Shown piece after piece: positions 12,690-20,000 of a DNA stretch of 20,000 nt. How positions within the stretch are numbered: position 1 is the first letter of the stretch; each line of letters starts with the position of its first letter. The stretch lies in the IMG/VR virus record IMGVR_UViG_3300046782_000157; one strand, given 5' to 3'. Source of the DNA: an uncultured virus (IMG/VR IMGVR_UViG_3300046782_000157) (Duplodnaviria; Heunggongvirae; Uroviricota; Caudoviricetes). The notes below the pieces were generated by a model. That model worked only from the letters and a program-made list of their open reading frames with translations, ran no database searches and was not told the DNA's origin. The translations under genes and the position numbers were made by a program.

Positions 12690-13282
12690 TGGAAGGGCTA
12701 TATGCGATCATGGCCATTGATCCGGGTGGATCTACCGGCGTAGCCTGGGGCGTCTTTCACGATGAGGCCGAAACGGTGAAGGAAACCATCGACGGCAAGA
12801 TCTGCACCGGGCAGCGCACTTATGAGGGCTACCCAAGGCAGCAGGTATATGACATTTGCTGTCTTTGGCGTCGTTTGTACATGGAATGGGTGTTCGGGCT
12901 GGGGATCAAGCCGGAAGACTGTCATATGGTGATCGAGGACATCATTGTGGGCCCGAATACACCACCCGGCAAGGATGTCAAGATAGCAATTGAGATTGGG
13001 CGTGGGATCTACTACTACAGGCTGGGCTCTGCACATGAGCACGAGCGTTGGAACTGCGGATGGGTGCCTCCGGTGCGAGTCAGCTGGCAAACGCCCTCCC
13101 AGGCCTCGGGATTTGCTCGCAAAGAGCGTCTCAAGGACTGGGGCGTATGGATTCGAGGCAAAGAGCACGAGCGGTCGGCGTGGAAGCACATTGCGTTGTA
13201 CGTGGGTCGGCACATGGAAGCTCGTCGCGCCGCCTCGCGCGTATACGCGCGCGTACGCGCGACCCGAGCGCGAGCCCAGTAG
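12689..13282 (+). CDS. RuvC-like (RNase H fold) resolvase homologue; start corrected to ATG 12689
   Basis: IMAIDPGGSTGVAW, MVIED, QTPSQA, HERSAWKH; TGATG overlap. Confidence 0.75.
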   Translation: MEGLYAIMAIDPGGSTGVAWGVFHDEAETVKETIDGKICTGQRTYEGYPRQQVYDICCLWRRLYMEWVFGLGIKPEDCHMVIEDIIVGPNTPPGKDVKIAIEIGRGIYYYRLGSAHEHERWNCGWVPPVRVSWQTPSQASGFARKERLKDWGVWIRGKEHERSAWKHIALYVGRHMEARRAASRVYARVRATRARAQ

Positions 13283-13329
13283 CCAAGCCGTTTCTACGCC
13301 CAGCCGCGATCCAGGGTAGGATCGCGGTC

Positions 13330-13533
13330 GTGATCTACCCCGGTATCACCGTGATGCCACGGCCCCCGGTCGCAACTCGACCGCCGGACTACCAACCCAT
13401 CGCTCAGGGACTCGATCAGCAATACCCGCTGACTGGGACGTACGAGTGGTCTCCAGATCTGGACTGGTGGCACGATTGGCTCCACACCAGCGACATCAAA
13501 TACCAGGCCCGCCCACCTTGTAGGCCGATCTGA
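13330..13533 (+). CDS. hypothetical protein (about 67 aa, GTG start uncertain)
   Basis: 3' part of ORF 13048-13533; TGATG overlap with terS. Confidence 0.5.
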   Translation: MIYPGITVMPRPPVATRPPDYQPIAQGLDQQYPLTGTYEWSPDLDWWHDWLHTSDIKYQARPPCRPI

Positions 13534-14345
13534 TGGCCAAAGTCGTCAAGACTCGCCGCAAGGGCAGAGGCGGCCACAACCCACCGCCCGAGCCGAGGCG
13601 TGGCCCGCGCCCCAGGAAGGGTCTCACCGCAGCGGTAGACAAAGGTGGGTTGGAGACCAAACTGAAGCCGAGAGATCGCAGCAAGCAGAAACTCTCAGCT
13701 GGACTCCCTGGCTTCCAAGCACAGGCAGCAACTGCTCTCGGCGGCAAGTGTAACGCTATGAAGCGAGATGGGGTGGGCCGGTGTACGCTGCCGGCAGGGT
13801 TCGGAACTGACCACCCTCAGATAGGCAGGTGTAAGTATCACTCTGGGAACACGCCTACCGGGAACAAGCATGCGATCGTGGAGCGCGCTCGGCTCATGGG
13901 CGCTCCGATCGACATGAACCCGGTAGAAGCCATCATTTGGTCGATCCGCATTACTGCCGGTGAGGTCAAGTGGCTCTCGGAGCAGATTGCGGCGCTCGAC
14001 AAGAAGGATTGGCACGAGGACACCATCATCGGCAAACAGATGCATCTGTACGTGCGAGAGCGGCGCGACCGCGTGGGCTTGCTCTACAAGATGGGGAACG
14101 ACGCCATCAAGCTTGGCCTAGCAGAACGCGCCATCAAGATGGCCGAGATGTATGGGGTCGCTCTCAGCAGGTTCATCATGGGCGTTCTTGAAGATCTCCA
14201 GTTGACCGAGGAACAAGCTGTTAGAGTGCCCACGATCGTGCGCAAGCATCTGATAGCCTTGGAGGGCAATAAGCCGATCGGCGACGATCTAGCGACCATG
14301 ACGATCGAGGGCAAGGCTGAGGAGGTCAAGCAATTAGTAGCCTGA
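13533..14345 (+). CDS. terS: terminase small subunit
   Basis: CNAMKR...CTLPAGFGTDHP..GRCKYHSG (HGGxSTG-like Zn motif) then helical region; directly upstream of terL. Confidence 0.75.
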   Translation: MAKVVKTRRKGRGGHNPPPEPRRGPRPRKGLTAAVDKGGLETKLKPRDRSKQKLSAGLPGFQAQAATALGGKCNAMKRDGVGRCTLPAGFGTDHPQIGRCKYHSGNTPTGNKHAIVERARLMGAPIDMNPVEAIIWSIRITAGEVKWLSEQIAALDKKDWHEDTIIGKQMHLYVRERRDRVGLLYKMGNDAIKLGLAERAIKMAEMYGVALSRFIMGVLEDLQLTEEQAVRVPTIVRKHLIALEGNKPIGDDLATMTIEGKAEEVKQLVA

Positions 14346-14407
14346 GTGAACTCATCAACCCTGCCGATCTCGGCAAGATCTCACTTCCAGCCGGCACCGC
14401 AGATGCG

Positions 14408-15826
14408 GTGCTTCGCTACATGTATCCCAAGCCGAGCGTCTACAGGTCGCAGCCTGCTGCCTGGATCCGCGACCGATGCGGTGCTCATGTCTGGAGCAAG
14501 CAGGAGGAGATCTGCGACTCGGTGGTGGATAACAAGTACACGGCTGTGAAGGCATGCCACGGCCCTGGAAAGAGCTACATCGCCGGCAAGATCGCGGCCT
14601 GGTGGCTCGATCCTTCGGTTCACTCTCTCGGATCGGCTTTTGTTGTCACCACCGCCCCTAGTTGGCCGCAGGTGCAGACGATTCTCTGGCGCGAGATTCG
14701 ACGAACGCACAGACAGGCCAACCTGTTCGGCCGCATCACGCTGGAATGTATGTGGCACATGGGCGAGGGCAGATCTGGTGAAGAGATCGTGGCTATGGGC
14801 CGCAAACCACAAGATTATGACGAGCAGGCGTTCCAAGGAATCCATGCGCAGTTCGTTCTGGTCATCATGGACGAGGCGTGCGGAATCCCTAAAGCTCTCT
14901 GGGACGCCGTGAAGTCGATCGTGACCAACGACCAGTGTCGTGTCCTCGCGATCGGCAACCCGGACGACCCCGGCTCGGAGTTCGCAATGAACTGCAAGCC
15001 GGGGACGGATTGGAACGTCGTGCGTATCTCGGCGTTCGACACACCTGCCTTCACCGGCGAGGCTTGTCCGACAGAGGTCATGTCCCAGCTAACCAGTCCA
15101 GCGTGGGTGGACGAGCGCCGTCGCGACTGGGGTGAAGGCAGCAATCTCTGGATCTCCAAGGTGGAGGGAGAGTTTCCAGACGTCAGCGATGACTACCTGA
15201 TCACGCCTAGCATGCTGACACGTGCGCACGCTCTCGATTTGCCTGGGTTCGCTCATGGCCGATACGGGATGGACGTAGCTCGTATGGGCGACGACATGAC
15301 CGCCATCTACCGCAATCGAGGCGGGCAGGTGCGACACATAGATAGCTGGGCGAAGCAGGACACGATGCAGAGCGCGGATCGGGCATACGAGTATCTTGCC
15401 AGGCACTTTCCCAAGATGGTACCAATGAACGTGGACGGGATCGGTCTGGGCGCCGGAGTCTACGACCGGCTGCGGCAGCGTAGATGTGAGGTGGGCAACT
15501 TCGAGGGATCGGGCCGAGCCCTGAATCCGGCTAAGTTCAACAACCGCCGTTCGGAGATGTGGTGGACGTTCCGCAACTTGATGGAGGAGGGTGGCATCGA
15601 CCTGGATCCCTTGGACACGCAGTTGTCCGAGGAGCTACAGACCATTAAGTGGTTCATCGACCTATCGGGTCGCATCTGTATCGAGACCAAGGAAGATGCC
15701 AAGAAACGAGGCGTCGCATCGCCGAACAGAGCTGACGCAGCGGCGATGAGCACAGTCGAGGCGGGCACGATCCTCAGGATGAACTCTGAGTCCATCTCTG
15801 GGTCGCTCTTGACAAAGGCAATGTAG
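14408..15826 (+). CDS. terL: terminase large subunit (true start possibly 14333 or 14342)
   Basis: Walker A region KACHGPGKS, Walker B VIMDEA, IGNP coupling motif, nuclease GMDVAR.G.D, VDGIGLGAGVYDRL, SPNRADA. Confidence 0.95.
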   Translation: MLRYMYPKPSVYRSQPAAWIRDRCGAHVWSKQEEICDSVVDNKYTAVKACHGPGKSYIAGKIAAWWLDPSVHSLGSAFVVTTAPSWPQVQTILWREIRRTHRQANLFGRITLECMWHMGEGRSGEEIVAMGRKPQDYDEQAFQGIHAQFVLVIMDEACGIPKALWDAVKSIVTNDQCRVLAIGNPDDPGSEFAMNCKPGTDWNVVRISAFDTPAFTGEACPTEVMSQLTSPAWVDERRRDWGEGSNLWISKVEGEFPDVSDDYLITPSMLTRAHALDLPGFAHGRYGMDVARMGDDMTAIYRNRGGQVRHIDSWAKQDTMQSADRAYEYLARHFPKMVPMNVDGIGLGAGVYDRLRQRRCEVGNFEGSGRALNPAKFNNRRSEMWWTFRNLMEEGGIDLDPLDTQLSEELQTIKWFIDLSGRICIETKEDAKKRGVASPNRADAAAMSTVEAGTILRMNSESISGSLLTKAM

Positions 15827-15834
15827 GGAGGGGC

Positions 15835-16656
15835 ATGGCAGTTCCAAACGTCAAATTCAATAGGATGGTCAAGGAGGGCATGAAGGGGAACGACGTCATT
15901 GCCCTCAAGATCTGTGCTAGTCGCGCAGGCTGCTGGCCCTGGGCTGAGTTCGACAACATCGCCCACAAGGAATTCATGATGGGCCGAGGCAAGACAAAGG
16001 GCACCAGTGGGCTCAGAGGACTCCAGCGCCTACTCAAGATCAACGCTGACGGCGTGTACGGGCCGGTCACGCACACCAAGTCTCTGCCCTTCAAGGTTCC
16101 GGGTGGACACCTACATGCTGGCGAGTACATCTGGGACGGTCATGCTCAAGTGCTCTACAGCGGCGCCAGCACCAGCAGCGTCGTAGACAAGCAGAAAGCG
16201 ATCGTCGCTGACGTCTGGAAATGGTGGCAATGGATGATCGCGCACAAGGGCCAGATTCACTATGCGCAGACGCGACCGATGGGACAGCTAGCGGCGAAAC
16301 ACGAGCCACCGTTGCTGCCGTACTACGAAGACTGCTCATCGACGTTTATCTACTGCGCGTTCCTCGGTGGCGCGAAGTCTCCTGACATCGCCTACGGTTT
16401 CAGCGGCTACGGCAATACGGACTCCCTCATCCGCTGCGGCATCCCGATCTCGGAGTCGCAGATCCCACAGTACATGCTGACGCACTACCTTGGGGTCATC
16501 TACGGCAGCAGCGTCTGGAGCACGCATCACATTTCGGCCATCAAGTCTCCGACGCAGGTGGCCTCGATGGGCAGCGAGAGCGCACCTGAGTGGTGGAACT
16601 CGATCCATAGAGGCCCGGGAGCGATCGCAGGGATTCGAGCCTACTCAGTCTTGTAA
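15835..16656 (+). CDS. cell-wall hydrolase: peptidoglycan-binding-like domain plus NlpC/P60-like peptidase
   Basis: GMKGNDV..L and LQRLLKINADGVYGPVT (PG_binding_1-like); HYAQ..EDCSS...GNTDSL...THHI. Confidence 0.75.
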   Translation: MAVPNVKFNRMVKEGMKGNDVIALKICASRAGCWPWAEFDNIAHKEFMMGRGKTKGTSGLRGLQRLLKINADGVYGPVTHTKSLPFKVPGGHLHAGEYIWDGHAQVLYSGASTSSVVDKQKAIVADVWKWWQWMIAHKGQIHYAQTRPMGQLAAKHEPPLLPYYEDCSSTFIYCAFLGGAKSPDIAYGFSGYGNTDSLIRCGIPISESQIPQYMLTHYLGVIYGSSVWSTHHISAIKSPTQVASMGSESAPEWWNSIHRGPGAIAGIRAYSVL

Positions 16657-16660
16657 TGCG

Positions 16661-16855
16661 ATGTCTCTGCTCGAACCAGCCGAATACCAGGTCTTGTTCT
16701 TGACAGCAAACGGACACACAGCCAAAGAGATCGGAAGGGCAACTGGTTGGCCCGAGGAGACTGTCAAATCTCTACTTCGATCAACAAGACGCAAGCTCGG
16801 AGCGAAGAACACTGTTAACGCCATCTGGATCGCACTACAGAAGGGACTGCTGTAG
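16661..16855 (+). CDS. stand-alone LuxR/GerE-type HTH protein (64 aa; start ATG 16661)
   Basis: L.PAEYQVL...ANGHTAKEIG......ETVKS.L....RKLGAKN...A...A...GLL. Confidence 0.85.
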   Translation: MSLLEPAEYQVLFLTANGHTAKEIGRATGWPEETVKSLLRSTRRKLGAKNTVNAIWIALQKGLL

Positions 16856-16857
16856 CG

Positions 16858-18276
16858 ATGTCGTATTCAGCGCCACAGAAGCTCGGAGATCGAATCGGCG
16901 CGCCACCTACCGATCCTCTTGGCGTCGTTCTCCAGGGCACGTTGAGCCCTGCCGGGATGGCGCCATGGACTCAGTGGTACGACACTAGCGAGTACGTTCC
17001 AGAGCTGAAGTGGCCGCTGTCAATTGGCGTCTACAACCAGATGCGTACCGATCCTCAGCTGTCGGCTCTGTACAAGGGCACGACCCTTCCCATCCGTCGT
17101 TGGGATTGGTTCATTGTCCCGAACGGGGCCGACGAATCTACGGTGCGTGAGCTTCAGAAGGATCTCAACCTTCCCGTAGAAGGCGAGAAGCTGCTGGAGC
17201 AACCTTTGAGAGGCCGCTCTAAGAACAGGTTCCAGTTCATGGAGCACATGCGCCTGGCCATGCGGGCGCTCTTGTTCGGCTTTGCGTATTTCGAACAGCT
17301 GGGAACGATCACTCCGACGGATGCCCTCCCGGACGGTCGCTGGCAGCTACGCAAGTTGGCAGAGCGCCCGCAGAAGACTATTGATCAGTTCCTGGTCGCT
17401 GACGATGGAGGTTTGATCTCGATTCGACAGAACATCCGGCCGCTGAATCAAATAGGTAATTATCTCCAGCCCCTGGAGATTCCGATTGATCGCCTAGTTG
17501 GATACGTCTGGGAGCAGGAAGATGGTTCCTGGGTTGGTCGCAGCATGATGCGCGACTGTTACAAGAGCTGGGTCGTGAAGGATCGGCTGATCAGGATCGA
17601 CGCCATCAACCACGAACGCGCTGGCGGTGTTCCGTATGTGACCGCTCAGCCCGGAGCGACGGCAGGAGAGATCGAGCAGCTTCACAACATGGCGCGCGAC
17701 TTCAAGATCGGAGAGGCTGCCGGTGGAGCTGTTCCGTTCGGTGCTGCTCTGAACATCGCTCGCGCCGGTAACACGAACGTCGTAGAGTCGATCAAGTATC
17801 ACGACGAGTCTATGGCGCGGAACTGGCTGCTGATGATGATGCAGCTCGGCATGACAACGTCGGGCTCGCGCGCTCTCGGCCGAACGTTCCATGACTTCTT
17901 TGCCCAGGGCCAAGACGCGATCGCGCAGTGGTTCGCTAGCGTGTTCAACTGTCATGTGGTCGAAGACTGGGTGGACTGGAACTATGGCGAGGATGTTGAG
18001 CAGGTGCCACTGCTTGGATTCAAGCCAGACATCGACCTTGCCCTGTCGGAGATCTCCGGCCTGATTCAACAGGGCGCGATTGTCGTGGATAGAGATTTGG
18101 AAGACGCCCTGCGCAAGGAGACGGGGCTACCTCCAAAAGCAGAGGGTGCACCTGACCCGACCTCGCAAGCAGAGATGGCAAAGCTGCAAAAACCTCCTCC
18201 TGGTAGTGGTGGTGCGGAGTCGGGTCAGGATGCCCCCGGAAGTGGCACAAAGCCAGAAGGTGGGCAGGGCCAATGA
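16858..18276 (+). CDS. portal protein (Mu gp29/DUF935-like)
   Basis: position after terL; YNQMRTDPQL, ALLFGFAYFEQ, GRSMMRDCY..W..K, IKYHDESMA, GSRALG. Confidence 0.85.
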   Translation: MSYSAPQKLGDRIGAPPTDPLGVVLQGTLSPAGMAPWTQWYDTSEYVPELKWPLSIGVYNQMRTDPQLSALYKGTTLPIRRWDWFIVPNGADESTVRELQKDLNLPVEGEKLLEQPLRGRSKNRFQFMEHMRLAMRALLFGFAYFEQLGTITPTDALPDGRWQLRKLAERPQKTIDQFLVADDGGLISIRQNIRPLNQIGNYLQPLEIPIDRLVGYVWEQEDGSWVGRSMMRDCYKSWVVKDRLIRIDAINHERAGGVPYVTAQPGATAGEIEQLHNMARDFKIGEAAGGAVPFGAALNIARAGNTNVVESIKYHDESMARNWLLMMMQLGMTTSGSRALGRTFHDFFAQGQDAIAQWFASVFNCHVVEDWVDWNYGEDVEQVPLLGFKPDIDLALSEISGLIQQGAIVVDRDLEDALRKETGLPPKAEGAPDPTSQAEMAKLQKPPPGSGGAESGQDAPGSGTKPEGGQGQ

Positions 18277-18361
18277 GGGTGGTCATCTCGGTCGGGGGCG
18301 CTCCCTCCCGGCTACTCTTTGCGGCTCTGCTCATATGTCCCAGCGACGAGAAGGAGGATTA

Positions 18362-18553
18362 ATGGCTGGGAAGATCGAAGGAGCAACAGGCAACATGTTT
18401 GGCGTCAAGGGTGGCGCCAAGAGGATTCCCACCGCCAGGTGGGAGACTAACAGCCCGGAAACGGGTGGCCCGCCCGAGACGAAGGGACGTGAAGGAGCCA
18501 TGCTCAAGGCAGAGCTGGCCAAGTCCAAGGGCACTGGGTTGAAGGTTCCGTAG
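18362..18553 (+). CDS. small Gly/Lys-rich hypothetical protein (63 aa; start ATG 18362)
   Basis: SD GAAGGAGG upstream; TAG directly followed by the protease ATG. Confidence 0.7.
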   Translation: MAGKIEGATGNMFGVKGGAKRIPTARWETNSPETGGPPETKGREGAMLKAELAKSKGTGLKVP

Positions 18554-20000
18554 ATGACCTGGGTGCTGGAGAAGATCGAGGGCACGCCGTACACGCGCCT
18601 GAAAGGCGTGCCGCTGGTGGGGACTGGCATCGACTACGTCATCTCGACGCACCCCGAGGGATTTACAATCTCGGAGGAAATGCTGGCAGATGCTGTGGCG
18701 GCTGTTGATGATCCAGCGATCGTGGAGCCTCGCATGAAGCTGGGGCATGACGATCCTCGCTTCGACAGCCCCGAGTTCGATGGGGAGCCTGCGGTGGGCA
18801 GGATAGAGAATCTGAGTCTGGGCAATAACGGACAGACGATCTATGGTGATTATGTCACCTTCGACTGGCTCGCTCAGATGATCCCTCTTGCCTATCCCAA
18901 CCGTTCCGTCGAAGCAGGTGCCGGTGTACAGCCGATGTTCATCGAGAACCACGAGACTGTTACTGGCAAGAAGTACCGGATGGTTCTCACGGGAGTGGCG
19001 CTCCTGGGGATCGTCTGGCCGGGCTGCTCTACGCTGGAAGACTTGGAGTTGCTGTCTACCGGCGAGGGAGTTACCGTCAAGCAAGAGATCGAGGCTGCCA
19101 TGAACATCGAGGACGTTCGTACTGCGTACTACGAGCACCTTGAGGCCGAGGGTGGTGATACCTACTGGTGGTGGATCCGAGGAATGCGCCTCGACCCCAA
19201 CGAGTTGGTCGTGGACGACGACGATGGTCATCTGTTCCGTGTTCCGTTCACGGTAGAGAGTGACTATGTCGAGTTCGGGGATCCAGTCCAGGTGGTCGTA
19301 GACTACAAGGACGTTCCCGCAACGGTGGCGGCTGGTATCTACACCGAGGGTCTCATGCTCGGTGGCCGCCAGGGACAGGACACTTGTGTCTTGTTCTCAA
19401 GTAGGGCGGAATCCCGCCCAGAGTCCAACGAAGGAGGACAGATGACACCAGAGCAGCGGAAGCAGCTCTGTGCCTCGCTGGGCCTCGCCGAGGATGCGGA
19501 CAACGCAGCCATTCAGGCGAAGCTCCGTGAGGCAGAAATCCTCCAGGCCTCCACGGGCGAGGAGGAGCAGCCCGCAGGAGACGCCGACGACGACGACGCC
19601 GACGATGATGACGGCGACGACGGCGATGAGGAGGGGACAACTGCCGAGGCAGACCTGCCGGAGACGGTGACGGTCGAGGCAAGTGCTTTCAGGCAGATGC
19701 AGCATGATGCGGCTCTCGCGCGTCAGCTGCACGAGGAGAACATCGCAGGGAAGAACGAAGCGATCATGAAGGAAGCGGTGGCCAAGGGCAAGTTTGCCCC
19801 GGCCGTCGCCGCGTCTGTTCGTAAGCAGCTCGACAACCCTGGTACTCGCGATGCCACGATCAAGTGGATCGCCGAGTGTGCCGAGGGCGTCGTGCCGACC
19901 ACCGCCATGGGCTCCAGCGCCGCTGGTGAAGAAGTCGAAGGCGGCGAGGTCAACGAGGGGCTGCCGTGGTTCGCTCGTGAGCACGCTCGCGCAGCGCGGA
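18554..20000 (+). CDS. prohead protease/scaffold (Mu gpI-like), runs off the window; absent from the ORF track
   Basis: MTWVLEKIEG...KLGHDDPRF...GEPAVGRIENL...YPNRSVE...VLTGVALLG..PGCSTLEDL; open frame to the end of the window. Confidence 0.85.
   Translation, partial: MTWVLEKIEGTPYTRLKGVPLVGTGIDYVISTHPEGFTISEEMLADAVAAVDDPAIVEPRMKLGHDDPRFDSPEFDGEPAVGRIENLSLGNNGQTIYGDYVTFDWLAQMIPLAYPNRSVEAGAGVQPMFIENHETVTGKKYRMVLTGVALLGIVWPGCSTLEDLELLSTGEGVTVKQEIEAAMNIEDVRTAYYEHLEAEGGDTYWWWIRGMRLDPNELVVDDDDGHLFRVPFTVESDYVEFGDPVQVVVDYKDVPATVAAGIYTEGLMLGGRQGQDTCVLFSSRAESRPESNEGGQMTPEQRKQLCASLGLAEDADNAAIQAKLREAEILQASTGEEEQPAGDADDDDADDDDGDDGDEEGTTAEADLPETVTVEASAFRQMQHDAALARQLHEENIAGKNEAIMKEAVAKGKFAPAVAASVRKQLDNPGTRDATIKWIAECAEGVVPTTAMGSSAAGEEVEGGEVNEGLPWFAREHARAAR
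19442..20000 (+). CDS. nested in-frame scaffolding protein (internal start)
   Basis: GAAGGAGG-ACAG-ATG in frame with the protease (codon 297); LGL.EDA, acidic linker, AVAKGKFAPA. Confidence 0.7.
   Translation, partial: MTPEQRKQLCASLGLAEDADNAAIQAKLREAEILQASTGEEEQPAGDADDDDADDDDGDDGDEEGTTAEADLPETVTVEASAFRQMQHDAALARQLHEENIAGKNEAIMKEAVAKGKFAPAVAASVRKQLDNPGTRDATIKWIAECAEGVVPTTAMGSSAAGEEVEGGEVNEGLPWFAREHARAAR

Noticed and set aside
18359..19984. Long minus-strand ORFs 18359-19231 and 19397-19984
   Set aside because: Antisense shadows of the plus-strand protease/scaffold gene.
1..20000. tRNA, rRNA, integrase or transposase genes
   Set aside because: None recognised by eye; Mu-like head genes alone do not imply transposition.

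Overview
Segment of a high-GC tailed-phage genome (probably infecting an Actinomycetota-like host; inferred) spanning the divergence point between two arms. 1-8406: a leftward arm of about 29 small, mostly hypothetical early-type genes (HNH, KTSC, DUF6011-like, several Zn-binding and membrane peptides). 9585-20000: a rightward late arm (glycoside-hydrolase-like protein, collagen-like protein, RuvC-like protein, TerS, TerL, NlpC/P60-like hydrolase, LuxR-type HTH, Mu-gp29-like portal, Mu-I-like protease with nested scaffold). Two signals stand out. (1) All 12 sizeable intergenic gaps between 551 and 7455 hold a copy of a sequence-divergent but structurally conserved hairpin on the coding strand: basal stem, invariant G.G mismatch, 4 covarying bp, invariant U.G pair, variable apical stem. 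It is usually overlapped by a mutually exclusive second hairpin and followed by a stereotyped GAAGGAGGG(T)C ribosome-binding site. This is a candidate undescribed RNA processing/regulatory (or cassette-recombination) element. (2) A 936-bp block (7947-8882) almost completely lacks CA/TG dinucleotides (6 by hand count; none in 8493-8882), and its one gene lacks His, Gln and Cys. It abuts a phased A-tract, AT-rich region and CGCGCGTA repeats that may mark the genome terminus/pac site or origin. All alignments and counts were made by eye; no database searches were run.
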